Assembly: GCA_964474485.1 (NCBI GenBank)
Contig: CAYYWN010000001.1
Location: 1 to 44,521 of the forward strand
Source of the DNA: an uncultured Clostridium sp.
Lineage (GTDB): Bacteria; Bacillota; Clostridia; Clostridiales; Clostridiaceae
Length of the DNA: 44,521 nt
Direction: 5' to 3'
Shown: positions 28,924 to 39,685 of the stretch, in pieces
Numbering within the stretch: the stretch's first letter is position 1
Layout: each line of letters begins with the position of its first letter
Made by a program: the position numbers and the translations under genes
Notes under the pieces: model-generated
What the model was told of the DNA's origin: nothing
The model's input: the letters and a program-made list of their open reading frames with translations, nothing else
Databases searched by the model: none

Positions 28924-29483
28924 AACATTTATCTCCCATACTAATTAAATTCAAATGATTTCGTTCATCAATTCTTCTAATCATGGAATAACAATATGGG
29001 GTAAAATGCTTAAGCCAAAATCGTCTTCCCTCAATGTTTGCCGATTCAAAATCTGTAGAACAACGCTTTAGTGCACTATAAATAGTCCACTCTGTTGCTA
29101 CATTTAAAGTCTTGCCATTATATGCTGTCCTCTATATTCTGGTAATACATAAGCTCCATTAATGCCCATTATATAACCATCATCTAATTCATCCATATTA
29201 ATTTCAGTTTTATTTGTTTTTAAGTAGCCTATAATTTTATTGTCAATCTCTGCAATCCATAATTAATACTAAATCCACTTATAAACCCAGCAACTTTACC
29301 AGACTCTATTGCTACAACAAAATTACTGTCATCAACGTATTTTCCAATTTCCTTTATGTGCATTTGAATATCTTCATATTTATCAGATAAAAGAGGTAAT
29401 GCTAACCTTGCATTTTTATAATTAGTTGAAATAATAGTAGCTACCTCTTCAACATGAGAATTTTTTAGATAAGTATAGTACAT
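28915..29483 (-). pseudogene. GNAT acetyltransferase pseudogene (deletion plus frameshifts)
   Basis: 84-aa N-terminal ORF, then other frames read GAYVLPEYRGQHIM and RCSTDFESANIEGRRFWLKHFTPYCYSMIRRIDER. Confidence 0.75.
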
Positions 29484-29830
29484 AATAATCCCCTTTTCAG
29501 ATGATGGGTAATATAAAACTATACTCGATTCACATGGTTAAGTGAACAGAGAAATTTATAAAACAATCACCTCATAATTTTTTTCTACAATCTTAGCTAT
29601 CATAAAATCCTCTCCTTTCTTATATATTACCAATACTTCCATATTATCAATAATTGTATCTATAGTCAATCATTAACTAAGAATGCAGTTTTAAAGAGTG
29701 CATTTTATGAATATATATTATTGAAATATTCTTTATCTCTAAATAATTCATAACTTGAACCTATTAAAACAAATCCAAGATTTTTAACAAAGCAACTCTA
29801 CCTCTTATTGTCAATATAAATTCAGCCTAC

Positions 29831-30652
29831 TTATAATTCTTTATTTTCAATATTTGCAATAGCTCTTAAAGATTTCATAAGCTTATCAAATCTCTCAGGT
29901 GTTATAGATTGCTCTCCATCACATTTAGCATTTGCAGGATCATTGTGAACTTCGGTGATAAGCCCATCTGCTCCAGCTGCTATAGCAGCCTTTGAAAGAG
30001 ACTCTACTAGCCACCACAAACCTGAAGCATGACTCGGATCCACTATTACTGGAAGATGACTTAGTTTCTTAAGTACGGGAATGGCACTTAAATCCAAGGT
30101 GTTTCTCGTATATCTTTCAAATGTCCTAATGCCTCTTTCGCACAAAATTACATTTTCATTTCCTTCAGACATAATATATTCTGCAGACATTAAAAGCTCT
30201 TCTATGGTGGCAGAAATTCCTCGCTTTAAAAGTATAGGTTTATTTGTTCTTCCCACTTCTTTTAAAAGAGGATAATTTTGCATATTTCTTGCCCCAATTT
30301 GAATAACATCAACATCATCTATAAATTTATCTAGATACTCCAAAGACATAAGCTCCGTTACAATAGGAAGTCCTGTTTTTTCCCTAGCTATCTTTAATAA
30401 TTCTAATGCATATTCTCCGAGGCCTTGAAAACTATAAGGTGAAGTCCTTGGCTTAAAAGCACCACCCCTTAAAAATGTGGCACCTGATAATTTTACACTC
30501 TCTGCTATATTTACTATCTGATCTTCACTTTCTACGGAACAAGGCCCCGCTATTATTGTTATCTTATTGCTGCCTATAACATTTTTCCCTACATTTATAA
30601 TAGAATCTATAGGATGTGAATCTCTACTTACTTTATTACTACAGGTTTCCAT
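29831..30652 (-). CDS. aroF: DAHP synthase type I-beta, catalytic domain only
   Basis: [30 protein letters not shown] and DPSH motifs; 273 aa. Confidence 0.92.
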   Translation of the reverse strand: METCSNKVSRDSHPIDSIINVGKNVIGSNKITIIAGPCSVESEDQIVNIAESVKLSGATFLRGGAFKPRTSPYSFQGLGEYALELLKIAREKTGLPIVTELMSLEYLDKFIDDVDVIQIGARNMQNYPLLKEVGRTNKPILLKRGISATIEELLMSAEYIMSEGNENVILCERGIRTFERYTRNTLDLSAIPVLKKLSHLPVIVDPSHASGLWWLVESLSKAAIAAGADGLITEVHNDPANAKCDGEQSITPERFDKLMKSLRAIANIENKEL

Positions 30653-30663
30653 CTTCCCACCTC

Positions 30664-31461
30664 CTATTCGTCTATCGCTTCCCTTAAGCTTTTTACAAAT
30701 TCAAAAACTCTTCCTTCTATATTCCCTAGTTCTATTCCTTTTTCTATTTCTTTAATGATTGCACTACCAACTATCAATCCATCAGCTAAATCCTTTAGAT
30801 TTCTTACACTTTTTGCATCTGATATTCCAAAACCAATAGCTAAAGGAATCTTTGTATACCTCTTTACATCCTCCATAAAAACCTTTAACTCTTCATCAAA
30901 AGTTTCCCTAGTGCCAGTAACGCCTTTAGAAGAAATACAATAAATAAAACCTCTTGCTTCTTCAACTATTTCTTTTACACGATTGTGAGAAGTTGGAGCA
31001 ACTAAAGCTATTAAATCAATAGGATAATCTTTCATCATTTCATTTAATATTCTTCTTTCCTCTAAAGGAAGGTCTGGAATAATCAAACCATCTATCCCAC
31101 ACTCTTTACATCTATTTAAAAATTCTTTTATTCCATAAGAAAAAACTGTATTATAATATATCAAAAAAACTAAAGGAATTTCTGTTTTGCATCTTAGATT
31201 TAAAACCATTGAAAAAATATAATTTATATTAACACCTTTGCTTAAAGCTCTTGTTGAAGCCCGTTGTATAACAGGTCCATCTGCTAAAGGATCTGAATAT
31301 GGAATACCTAGTTCCATAATATCCGCTCCTGCCTTTTCCATGGTCAAAACTAATTTCATGGTTTTATCCAAGCTAGGGTCTCCAGATGTAATATAAGTAA
31401 TTAAGGCCTTTCTTTTTTCTTCTTTAAGTTCATTTAACTTTTTACTTATTCTACTCTCCAT
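30664..31461 (-). CDS. trpA: Tryptophan synthase alpha
   Basis: [21 protein letters not shown] and GFGIS. Confidence 0.97.
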   Translation of the reverse strand: MESRISKKLNELKEEKRKALITYITSGDPSLDKTMKLVLTMEKAGADIMELGIPYSDPLADGPVIQRASTRALSKGVNINYIFSMVLNLRCKTEIPLVFLIYYNTVFSYGIKEFLNRCKECGIDGLIIPDLPLEERRILNEMMKDYPIDLIALVAPTSHNRVKEIVEEARGFIYCISSKGVTGTRETFDEELKVFMEDVKRYTKIPLAIGFGISDAKSVRNLKDLADGLIVGSAIIKEIEKGIELGNIEGRVFEFVKSLREAIDE

Positions 31462-32641
31462 TTTTCATTCCCCCTAGTACATTAGATAATGTATCCATAT
31501 CTTTATCTCCTCTTCCAGATAAATTCAAAACAATAATATTATCTTTATTTGTTTCTTTAGCAAATTTCATTAAATAAGCTATAGCATGAGCACTTTCTAG
31601 TGCAGGTATAATTCCTTCTACCTTAGTCAAATATTGAAAAGCTTCTATCGCCTCATCATCATTTATAGCTACATATTTAACTCTATTAATAGAATGAAAA
31701 TATGCATGTTCTGGTCCAATCCCTGGATAGTCAAGCCCTGCAGATATGGAGTAAACTGGTTTTATTTGTCCATGTTCATCCTGTAGCAAATAAGTCATCA
31801 TTCCATGTATAATTCCTAACCTTCCCTTAGAAATACTAGCTGCATGATATTCTGTATCTATTCCCATTCCCCCTGCTTCAACTCCATACATCTCTACCTT
31901 TTCCTCAATAAATGGATAAAATAAGCCCATAGCATTACTGCCCCCACCTACACAAGCTATTAAATAATCAGGTAGTCTACCTTCCTTTTCCATAATCTGT
32001 TTCTTAACTTCATCCCCTATAATTCTTTGAAAATCTCTTACCATTGTAGGATAAGGATGAGGTCCTACTACAGATCCAATTACATAAAAGGTATCCTCTG
32101 GATTAGTAACCCAACGTCTAATTGCTTCATTAGTAGCATCTTTCAAGGTTTTTGTACCAGATATTACAGAGTTTACCTTAGCCCCGAGCATTTTCATCTT
32201 TAAAACATTTAAACCTTGTCTTTCTATATCCTCCTGTCCCATAAACACTTCACATGGAATATCGAACATAGCACAAATAGTAGCTGTAGCTAGGCCATGC
32301 TGTCCTGCACCGGTTTCTGCAATTACCTTCTTTTTACCCATTCTCCTTGCAAGAAGAACTTGACCTATTACATTATTTATCTTATGAGCCCCCGTATGAT
32401 TTAAATCCTCTCTCTTTAGATAAATCTTACCTCCACCTAATTTTTTAGTTAGATTTTCAGCATAATATAATGGAGTCGGTCTCCCGGAATACTCATTACA
32501 ATAATACATATATTCCTTTTTAAAACTCTCATTTTCTTTTATCTGAGTAAATGCCTTTTCTAGTTCAATCAATGGATTCATTAAAGTTTCAGGCACAAAC
32601 TGCCCTCCAAATTGTCCAAACCTTGTATTCATATAGATCAT
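31451..32641 (-). CDS. trpB: Tryptophan synthase beta
   Basis: [28 protein letters not shown] and LSGRGDKD. Confidence 0.98.
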   Translation of the reverse strand: MIYMNTRFGQFGGQFVPETLMNPLIELEKAFTQIKENESFKKEYMYYCNEYSGRPTPLYYAENLTKKLGGGKIYLKREDLNHTGAHKINNVIGQVLLARRMGKKKVIAETGAGQHGLATATICAMFDIPCEVFMGQEDIERQGLNVLKMKMLGAKVNSVISGTKTLKDATNEAIRRWVTNPEDTFYVIGSVVGPHPYPTMVRDFQRIIGDEVKKQIMEKEGRLPDYLIACVGGGSNAMGLFYPFIEEKVEMYGVEAGGMGIDTEYHAASISKGRLGIIHGMMTYLLQDEHGQIKPVYSISAGLDYPGIGPEHAYFHSINRVKYVAINDDEAIEAFQYLTKVEGIIPALESAHAIAYLMKFAKETNKDNIIVLNLSGRGDKDMDTLSNVLGGMKNGE

Positions 32642-33249
32642 CCCCTTACTTTTTCTATAAAATCTTTTATCTTTTCAAAATCTTTAACACCATCCGTCTC
32701 TACTCCAGAGCTTACATCTACTATAGTAGGTCTAACCATCTCTATTGCTTTTTTTATATTTCCCGGGAATAATCCTCCAGCTAAAACTATATATTTAGTT
32801 TTACCAATGTTTGTAGCTAACTTCCAATTAAACTGTTGTCCTGTCCCTCCTGCCTCTCCTTTTATCCAAGTATCTAAAAGATATTTATGCACCTTATACT
32901 TTTCTAATAGCTCTAAACCCTTTTCATCTCTAATAAAAAAAGCTTTCCATACTTCCCTTTCAAAATTATTACAATACTCAGGGTCTTCATCTCCATGAAA
33001 TTGAAGTACATCAAGATTGCAAAGTCTTTCTATTTCTTTAACTTCTTTTATAGAATGATTTAGAAATACACCAACCTTTTTTATACTTTTATCTAAGCCA
33101 CCTATTAATCGCCTTGCAACATAAGGATCAATTTGCCTCTTGCTTTTTGCAAATACAAAGCCTATATACTCTGGCTTTAATCTATTTGCATAGGCTATAT
33201 CTTCACCTCTTCTCAATCCACAAATCTTTATGGCTACCAAATCATTCAC
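32638..33249 (-). CDS. trpF: Phosphoribosylanthranilate isomerase
   Basis: KICGL, QFHGDE, GGTG, LAGGL and DVSSGVE. Confidence 0.96.
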   Translation of the reverse strand: MNDLVAIKICGLRRGEDIAYANRLKPEYIGFVFAKSKRQIDPYVARRLIGGLDKSIKKVGVFLNHSIKEVKEIERLCNLDVLQFHGDEDPEYCNNFEREVWKAFFIRDEKGLELLEKYKVHKYLLDTWIKGEAGGTGQQFNWKLATNIGKTKYIVLAGGLFPGNIKKAIEMVRPTIVDVSSGVETDGVKDFEKIKDFIEKVRG

Positions 33250-34015
33250 CTCTTAATTCTTTTATCTTATATTCTATGGACTCAGAATTCATAAAACTTT
33301 CTCCGATCAGAACTCTATCTACCCCTATAGATTCTAGATACTCAATATCTTTTCTTTTAGAAATACCACTTTCACTAACAACTACCATATCTTTTGGTAT
33401 ATGATGTATTAATTTTTCTGTAGTTTCAATTTTTACTTCAAATGTATTTAAATTTCTATTATTAACCCCAATTATTTCTACCTGTGTCTTTAACACTTTT
33501 TCTAATTCTTTTAAATTGTGGACTTCTACTAGACACTGAAGATTAATATCTTTAGCTACTTTTTGAAATTCCACTAATTCTTTTTTAGTTAAAAGAGCTG
33601 CGATAAGCAAAATAGCATCTGCCCCTAAAACTTTGGACTGATATACTTGATATAAATCAATTATAAAATCCTTTCTAAGAATAGGTACTCTTGTTTCCTT
33701 CTTTATTAGGTATAAATACTCACCCTTTCCTAAGAAGAATTCCTCTTCAGTCAATACAGAAATTGCATCTATTTGATTTTCATCATAAACCCTACCTATG
33801 GCTATAGGATCAAAATCTTCCCTTATAATTCCCTTTGAAGGTGATGCTTTTTTTACTTCCCCAATTATATTTAATCTTCCCTTTCTTTTTATAGCTCTTT
33901 TAAAATCTCTAGTATCTACATTTGTAATTTGCTTTTTCAAATCTTCAATAGAAATAATAGACTTTTCTATTTCTACCTTTTTCCTTCTTGATAAGGCAAT
34001 CTTATCTAATATCAT
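33242..34015 (-). CDS. trpC: Indole-3-glycerol phosphate synthase
   Basis: EVKKASPSKG, LRKDF, GVNNRNL and SESGI. Confidence 0.97.
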   Translation of the reverse strand: MILDKIALSRRKKVEIEKSIISIEDLKKQITNVDTRDFKRAIKRKGRLNIIGEVKKASPSKGIIREDFDPIAIGRVYDENQIDAISVLTEEEFFLGKGEYLYLIKKETRVPILRKDFIIDLYQVYQSKVLGADAILLIAALLTKKELVEFQKVAKDINLQCLVEVHNLKELEKVLKTQVEIIGVNNRNLNTFEVKIETTEKLIHHIPKDMVVVSESGISKRKDIEYLESIGVDRVLIGESFMNSESIEYKIKELRGE

Positions 34016-35028
34016 TGCTTCATCTCCTGACTAAATTTAATCAATTGATTTAACTTATCTAATGCAAAGCCTTTATCTATTATTTCCTTAGACTTTTCTA
34101 TTCCTTCTCCTAAAGAATTTACTACATTTCCTATATACATAGTTGCACCTGCATTTAATAAAATCATATCTCGCCTCGGACCCTTTTCACCTTTTAACAC
34201 ACTTAATAAAATCTTTGCATTTTCCTTTGGATTTCCACCTCTGATTTCTTCTAGCTTGCCAAATGGTATACCATAATCATTAGGATTTAAATAATATTCC
34301 TTTATTTTTCCGTCTTTTAGTTCTGATACCTTGGTCTTTGTAGTAATAGTAATCTCATCTAATCCATCCATGCCATGAACTACCATTCCTCTTTCTAATC
34401 CTAATTTTTTTAACACACTTATCATTGTATATGTAAGCTTTTCATTGAACACACCTAGCACTTGACCTTTAGGGTTTGATGGATTAGTCAATGGACCTAA
34501 AACATTAAATATAGTCCTAGTTCCTAATTCTCTACGAGAATCTACAGCATATTTCATAGTCTGATGAAAATTCGGAGCAAATATAAAACCTATTTGTAAC
34601 TCATCTATACATCTTTTAACATCCACAGGTGAAAGATTAATATTAACACCTAGACTTTCCAGTACATCTGCACTACCACATTTGCTTGAAACAGATCTAT
34701 TTCCATGTTTTACAATAGTAACAGATGATGCTGCTGCTACAAAAGCTGCTGCTGTTGATATATTAAATGTATTGCTTTTATCCCCACCTGTCCCACAAGT
34801 ATCCACTGTATACCTACTATTTGTTTCAATTTTTATGGATTTATCTCTCATAACTTTAACGGCACCAGTGATTTCTTCGAGAGTCTCTCCCTTCATACGA
34901 AGTGCTGTAAGAAATCCTCCTATTTGTGAGGGAGTAGCCTTGCCTTCCATGATTATATTCATTACCCAAATCATTTCATTTTCAGTTAAGTCTTTGTAAT
35001 TTATAACTTTATCTATTGCCGATTGCAT
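34012..35028 (-). CDS. trpD: Anthranilate phosphoribosyltransferase
   Basis: DTCGTGGD, NIST, KHGNRSVSSKCGSAD and GLDE; no fused amidotransferase domain. Confidence 0.97.
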   Translation of the reverse strand: MQSAIDKVINYKDLTENEMIWVMNIIMEGKATPSQIGGFLTALRMKGETLEEITGAVKVMRDKSIKIETNSRYTVDTCGTGGDKSNTFNISTAAAFVAAASSVTIVKHGNRSVSSKCGSADVLESLGVNINLSPVDVKRCIDELQIGFIFAPNFHQTMKYAVDSRRELGTRTIFNVLGPLTNPSNPKGQVLGVFNEKLTYTMISVLKKLGLERGMVVHGMDGLDEITITTKTKVSELKDGKIKEYYLNPNDYGIPFGKLEEIRGGNPKENAKILLSVLKGEKGPRRDMILLNAGATMYIGNVVNSLGEGIEKSKEIIDKGFALDKLNQLIKFSQEMKQ

Positions 35029-35031
35029 ACT

Positions 35032-36489
35032 CTACACTCCTTTTCTAATACATTCCATAAGAGCTCTTGCTTTATTTAAAGTTTCTTCATATTCACTTTC
35101 AGGATTTGAATCTGCAACAATTCCTGCACCTGCTTGTATATATGCCATATTATCTTTAAATACTATGGTCCTTATGGCAATACAGGTATCCATATTCCCA
35201 TTAAACCCTAGATATCCTATAGCCCCTGCATATATTCCTCTTTTTTCATTCTCAAATTCCTCTATAATTTCCAAAGCCCTTACTTTTGGTGCCCCCGATA
35301 CAGTTCCTGCAGGTGCACATACCCTTAAAGCATCATAAGCATTTAAATCTTTTTTCATCTTTCCTATTACATGAGACACAATATGCATTACATGTGAATA
35401 CTTTTGTATCTTCATAAATTGATCTACTTTAACTGTTCCTTCTTCTACTATCTTGCCAATATCCTCTTTGGACAAATCTACTAACATCAAATGCTCCGCT
35501 CTTTCCTTTTTATCTTTCAATAAATCCTTTTCATAACGTTCATCTTCTTCTAAACTCTTTCCCCTAGGTCTAGTACCTGCAATAGGACAAGTTTCTACTT
35601 TATCTTTATTTACCTTAACCAAAATTTCTGGCGAAGAGCCAACTACATGATAGAAGCCAAAATCTATATAATACATATATGGAGAAGGGTTTAAAGTTCT
35701 TAACTCTCTATAAGCCCTAAAAGGATTAATTTTTGTATTGAAATCAAATCTTTGAGATAAAACCACTTGCAATATCTCTTCATTTTTTATATATTCCTTA
35801 GCTTTTAAAACCTTTTCCATAAAGTTTTCCTTTGTTTCATTGCTTGTATATTTAATTTTTTCAAAAGTTGCTTTAGTCTCTTTTTCTGGAGAAAATTTTG
35901 TTTTTAGTATTTCTTTTTTTATTGATTGTAATTTTAGTAGCCCTTCTTCATATATTTCTTTCAAAGAGTTTTCTATTTTTACGTTTGTGACAATCTTTAT
36001 CTTTTGCTTCAAATGATCATAAATAATGATATCTTTAGTTATTAAAAGATGTAAATCTGGAGTTTTTATGCTATCCTTATTTATATTTTCTACTCCACAG
36101 ATATTTTTTATTAAATCATAACCAATAAAGCCTACTGCTCCACCTATAAAGTCTTCCATTCCTTCTACTGAAATCATCTTATATTCATCCATAATTTCTT
36201 GTAAAACGTTAAGAGCGTCTCCCCTTCTATTTATTATTTCGTCATCTTTAATTATTGTAATGTTATCGTCATAAGCTATAATCTCTATAAAAGGATTTCT
36301 ACCTATATAAGAGTATCTCCCCCACTTGCTTCCTCCTTCAACACTTTCCAATAGAAATGCCTTCTTTTCTTTGCATAGCTTTTTGAATAAAGAAATAGGA
36401 GTTTCAATATCTCCATCTATCTCTAATGAAATAGAAACCATTTTTCCTTCTTTACTTAATCTTTTGAATTCTTCATAATCTGGATACAT
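35032..36489 (-). CDS. trpE: Anthranilate synthase component I
   Basis: LLES, NPSPYM, PIAGT (not the PabB PIKGT), AEHLMLVDL and GTVSGAPK. Confidence 0.96.
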   Translation of the reverse strand: MYPDYEEFKRLSKEGKMVSISLEIDGDIETPISLFKKLCKEKKAFLLESVEGGSKWGRYSYIGRNPFIEIIAYDDNITIIKDDEIINRRGDALNVLQEIMDEYKMISVEGMEDFIGGAVGFIGYDLIKNICGVENINKDSIKTPDLHLLITKDIIIYDHLKQKIKIVTNVKIENSLKEIYEEGLLKLQSIKKEILKTKFSPEKETKATFEKIKYTSNETKENFMEKVLKAKEYIKNEEILQVVLSQRFDFNTKINPFRAYRELRTLNPSPYMYYIDFGFYHVVGSSPEILVKVNKDKVETCPIAGTRPRGKSLEEDERYEKDLLKDKKERAEHLMLVDLSKEDIGKIVEEGTVKVDQFMKIQKYSHVMHIVSHVIGKMKKDLNAYDALRVCAPAGTVSGAPKVRALEIIEEFENEKRGIYAGAIGYLGFNGNMDTCIAIRTIVFKDNMAYIQAGAGIVADSNPESEYEETLNKARALMECIRKGV

Positions 36490-36514
36490 ACTCTAATTCC
36501 CCCTTTTTTAAGTA

Positions 36515-36875
36515 CAAAAAAAGCACTTCATCCCTAATATAAGGACGAAATGCTTGACACTCCGTGTTGCCACCTTGTTTAGATAGTTATCTACACTTGT
36601 AACAAAAATAAAAACATTTCAATCCTAATCTAGGACGAAATGTTATATATCGCTTTGCCACCTAATATAGATAGTTGCCTATCTCACTCTTAAGGTACGG
36701 AAATACTAATATTTCGATACCCCGTCTTTATAACGTAAGACACTCGGCTAATGGTACTCTCCTAAGATTTAACACCGCTTCTCATGGAACCATTCAGCAG
36801 ACTTTCCGTATCGGGATTCCACCGTCCCCGACTCTCTAAACCTTCAAGTATTGCTTACTTTTTCCAATCAATGAA
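36515..36875 (-). ncRNA. Trp T-box riboswitch with one specifier stem and two antiterminator/terminator modules
   Basis: AGTA, AGAGA and GGTGGAA stem-I motifs; GAA-UGG specifier at 36790-36792; T-box AGGTGGCAAAGCG (36651-36665) and AGGTGGCAACACGG (36562-36576), each followed by TTCGTCCT and a terminator. Confidence 0.92.
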
Positions 36876-36896
36876 TTTATTAACTATCTTTTTATA

Positions 36897-36925
36897 ATCA
36901 TAATATAAGCAAGTATTTTTGTCAA
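36897..36925 (-). promoter_or_regulatory. Sigma-A promoter of the trp leader
   Basis: TTGACA-N17-TATGAT. Confidence 0.8.
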
Positions 36926-37288
36926 TAGTTTTTAATCCCTATTTTTTTCTGATTGATTTCTAAATTCATGAACCTATTTGAAATTTTAATCTACACCTAT
37001 TAATAATTTAAATTATAGAACAAATTTCCAATATTTATTATCAATCATAATGATGATAGTTGATATCCTTTTTCACTGATAGAGAATTATCTATAACCCT
37101 CTGTTTTTCATTTATGTCATTTGTAAACTTAAGAAATAGCGAATTTTGAAACCCAAAGAAGCATATTAATAAATGTGTAGTTCTTCTATTACAAAATAGA
37201 TGAACTTCAAAGTTTAAATTCATATGCATAAATATAACACCCTGTTATTTTCAAATTTAGGTATAAGGCATATTCTTGTGAAAATGAA

Positions 37289-37391
37289 TTTTATCCGATG
37301 GCTACCATCCGTAACACCCCTATCCTCTTCAAGATTGGGGATGACGGCTGCTACGCCCCTGGATAAGTTCTTCTAAGACTCACTTGATAAA
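37289..37391. repeat. Clostridial structured intergenic repeat (resembles the Clostridiales-1-type element)
   Basis: Minus strand TCTTAGAAGAACTTATCCAGGGGCGTAGC...GGTAGCCATCGGATAAA; nested stems TTATCC/GGATAA and CCGT..CCCC/GGGG..ACGG. Single copy in this window; family recalled from memory. Confidence 0.6.
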
Positions 37392-37410
37392 TCATAGGGG
37401 GTAAATTAAC

Positions 37411-38424
37411 ATGTGCACAGCAATAACGTTACAGTCTCAACAGATGGAAAACCTTTTTGGACGAACTATGGATTTTTCTTATTGTATTGATCCACAGCTT
37501 TATGTGGTACCCAAAAATTATGTGTGGAATAATGTTTTAAACATGCATAAATTTTGTAATTACTATAGTTTTATAGGAATAGGTCAGGAAACTAATGGAA
37601 TACTCGGTTTTTTTGACGGAGTAAATGAAAGGGGATTTGCAGCAGCCGCATTATATTTCGCTGGTTATGCCAAATACAATATGCCTATGAATCATATGGA
37701 AATGGAAAAGGAACCTATTGCCTCTTTAGATTTTCTCCATTATATTTTAGGAAGATGTGGATCCATAGAAGAACTGAGGGAAATACTGCAGGACATATCT
37801 CTCGTTGGTCTACCAGATCCCGTAACACAAACAGTTGCACCATTACATTGGATTGCCACAGATAAAAGCGGAAAATGTGTTGTCATTGAACAAACAGAAA
37901 AAGGTCTGAAGTTATTCCAAAATCCCATCGGTGTTATGACCAACAGTCCTGATTTTCAATGGCATATGACTAATTTAAGAAATTATATGGATGTGTCCCC
38001 AATGCAGACTAGTGAGACCTACTGGGGAAAAGTTCAATTAAAGCCATTTGGTCAGGCAGCAGGAACCATGCTGTTACCAGGAGGCTATACGTCCCCAGAA
38101 CGTTTTGTAAAAACGGCATATCAAAAGACACATATTCAAACACCTAAAAACAGGATAGAGGCAATAAATACATGCTTTCATATTATGGAGGGTGTTTCCA
38201 TTCCAAATGGAGTTGTAATAACAGATCGAAACACTTCTGATTATACGAAATATATAGCCTTTATGAATACAAATACTTGTGAATATTTCTTTAAAACTTA
38301 TGATAATAGTCAGATTGCAACTGCAAGTCTTTTAGATAATCATAGTTATAAATATAGTACACAGCCAATCTGCCTAGGAAAATTAGCGCGTCCGGTTATA
38401 TTTGAAAAAATACAGAGATGTTAA
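37411..38424 (+). CDS. Choloylglycine hydrolase/penicillin V acylase family Ntn hydrolase
   Basis: N-terminal nucleophile M-C-T, GRTMDF, DGVNERG, MTNSP and LPGGYTSPERF. Confidence 0.9.
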   Translation: MCTAITLQSQQMENLFGRTMDFSYCIDPQLYVVPKNYVWNNVLNMHKFCNYYSFIGIGQETNGILGFFDGVNERGFAAAALYFAGYAKYNMPMNHMEMEKEPIASLDFLHYILGRCGSIEELREILQDISLVGLPDPVTQTVAPLHWIATDKSGKCVVIEQTEKGLKLFQNPIGVMTNSPDFQWHMTNLRNYMDVSPMQTSETYWGKVQLKPFGQAAGTMLLPGGYTSPERFVKTAYQKTHIQTPKNRIEAINTCFHIMEGVSIPNGVVITDRNTSDYTKYIAFMNTNTCEYFFKTYDNSQIATASLLDNHSYKYSTQPICLGKLARPVIFEKIQRC

Positions 38425-38662
38425 ATCTGCCTCTCTAAATCGTAATCGTCAAAAATTCTTTGTATTTATTTTTAAGATTTTTTTAACAAACTAAATCCAG
38501 TATCAAACAATAAGCCTACCTTTACACAAATGTAAAAATAAGTACCCCAGAGGCACTAGGAGCTGACTGGAAGTCAGCTCCTTATAAAGTCTTCCATTAC
38601 TTCTACTAGAACCATCTTATACTAATCCATAATTTCTTGTAAAACACCGAAACTCACATATC

Positions 38663-39685
38663 CTAAATTATCGCAAATAGTAATTGGATTACAAAACCCT
38701 TTCCGTACTCAGACTCAACTTCAATTTCAATCTGTAATTCATCACATAATTTCTTTAGAAGATACAGTCCTATTCCAGTAGACTTGCTTCGATTAGGATT
38801 ATCTCCTGTAAATCCTTTGTCAAAAATGAAAGGAAGATCAGAATTGAGCACTCCAATACCATTATCAGAGACTCTTAAATAATACCTATTCTTTGCACTA
38901 TTAAAGCCAGTTTTTAAGCAGATAAAGCTCTCGATTTCTTCATCAGAGTATTTCACTGCATTAACCAATATTTGTGTAAAAATAAACTGAAATGTTTTTT
39001 TATCCGATACAATGGGGACATCTTCCATCTCTGAAATAACTGTAACTTCTTTTTCCCGAAGTAATGCTTGGAGTTCCAGCTGTACATCTTCACAGCAAAG
39101 ATTCAACGATATTCTCTCTAAGCGGTAGTCTACATGCGATGCCTGTAATCTTGCATAAAATAGTATCTGTTCAACATCATCACTGATATTAATTCTTGCA
39201 TGCTCAAGTCTTTGATACACCAACTTCGACATTTCTTCTTTACGATTTTCTAAAACAAAGGTTGCTAAAGAAATAGGTGTCTTTATCTCATGAACCCAAC
39301 TTTCAATAAACTCTTCATAGTTTATGGATTGCAGTTTCGCATCATCTAATTGATCATTTTGCATCCGCAATTTATTAGCTAGATAATTCACTTCTTCTTT
39401 ATGCAAATCACCAATGGATTCTATCAATATGCATTCATACTCCGGTGAGGGTTCTCGAAGAAAATCATAAAATGCTTTGCTTTGTTTTATCTGTTTTTTC
39501 CAAGCAAGTAACATACCAAAGGCAATGCTAATTACAGAAAAAATAATCATGATACCAACCAGAAGTCCGAATGTTTCTGGATACGCTAACCAAGCCATAA
39601 AAATAAAAAAAGCGTCACTTATACAAAGAAGTAATATCCAAGGACGTGATTCGTTTAAAATATTAAGCCAATCTCTTAGCTTCAC
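38663..39685 (-). CDS. Intramembrane-sensing histidine kinase (BceS/GraS-like)
   Basis: Two close TM helices; WVHEIKTP, NAVKYS, DNGIG, FDKGFTG and TGIGL. Confidence 0.92.
   Translation of the reverse strand: MKLRDWLNILNESRPWILLLCISDAFFIFMAWLAYPETFGLLVGIMIIFSVISIAFGMLLAWKKQIKQSKAFYDFLREPSPEYECILIESIGDLHKEEVNYLANKLRMQNDQLDDAKLQSINYEEFIESWVHEIKTPISLATFVLENRKEEMSKLVYQRLEHARINISDDVEQILFYARLQASHVDYRLERISLNLCCEDVQLELQALLREKEVTVISEMEDVPIVSDKKTFQFIFTQILVNAVKYSDEEIESFICLKTGFNSAKNRYYLRVSDNGIGVLNSDLPFIFDKGFTGDNPNRSKSTGIGLYLLKKLCDELQIEIEVESEYGKGFVIQLLFAII

Noticed and set aside
30081-34999. Plus-strand ORFs across the trp operon
   Set aside because: Antisense shadows.
37041-37229. 62-aa minus-strand ORF
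   Set aside because: No family features and a weak RBS; unsupported.
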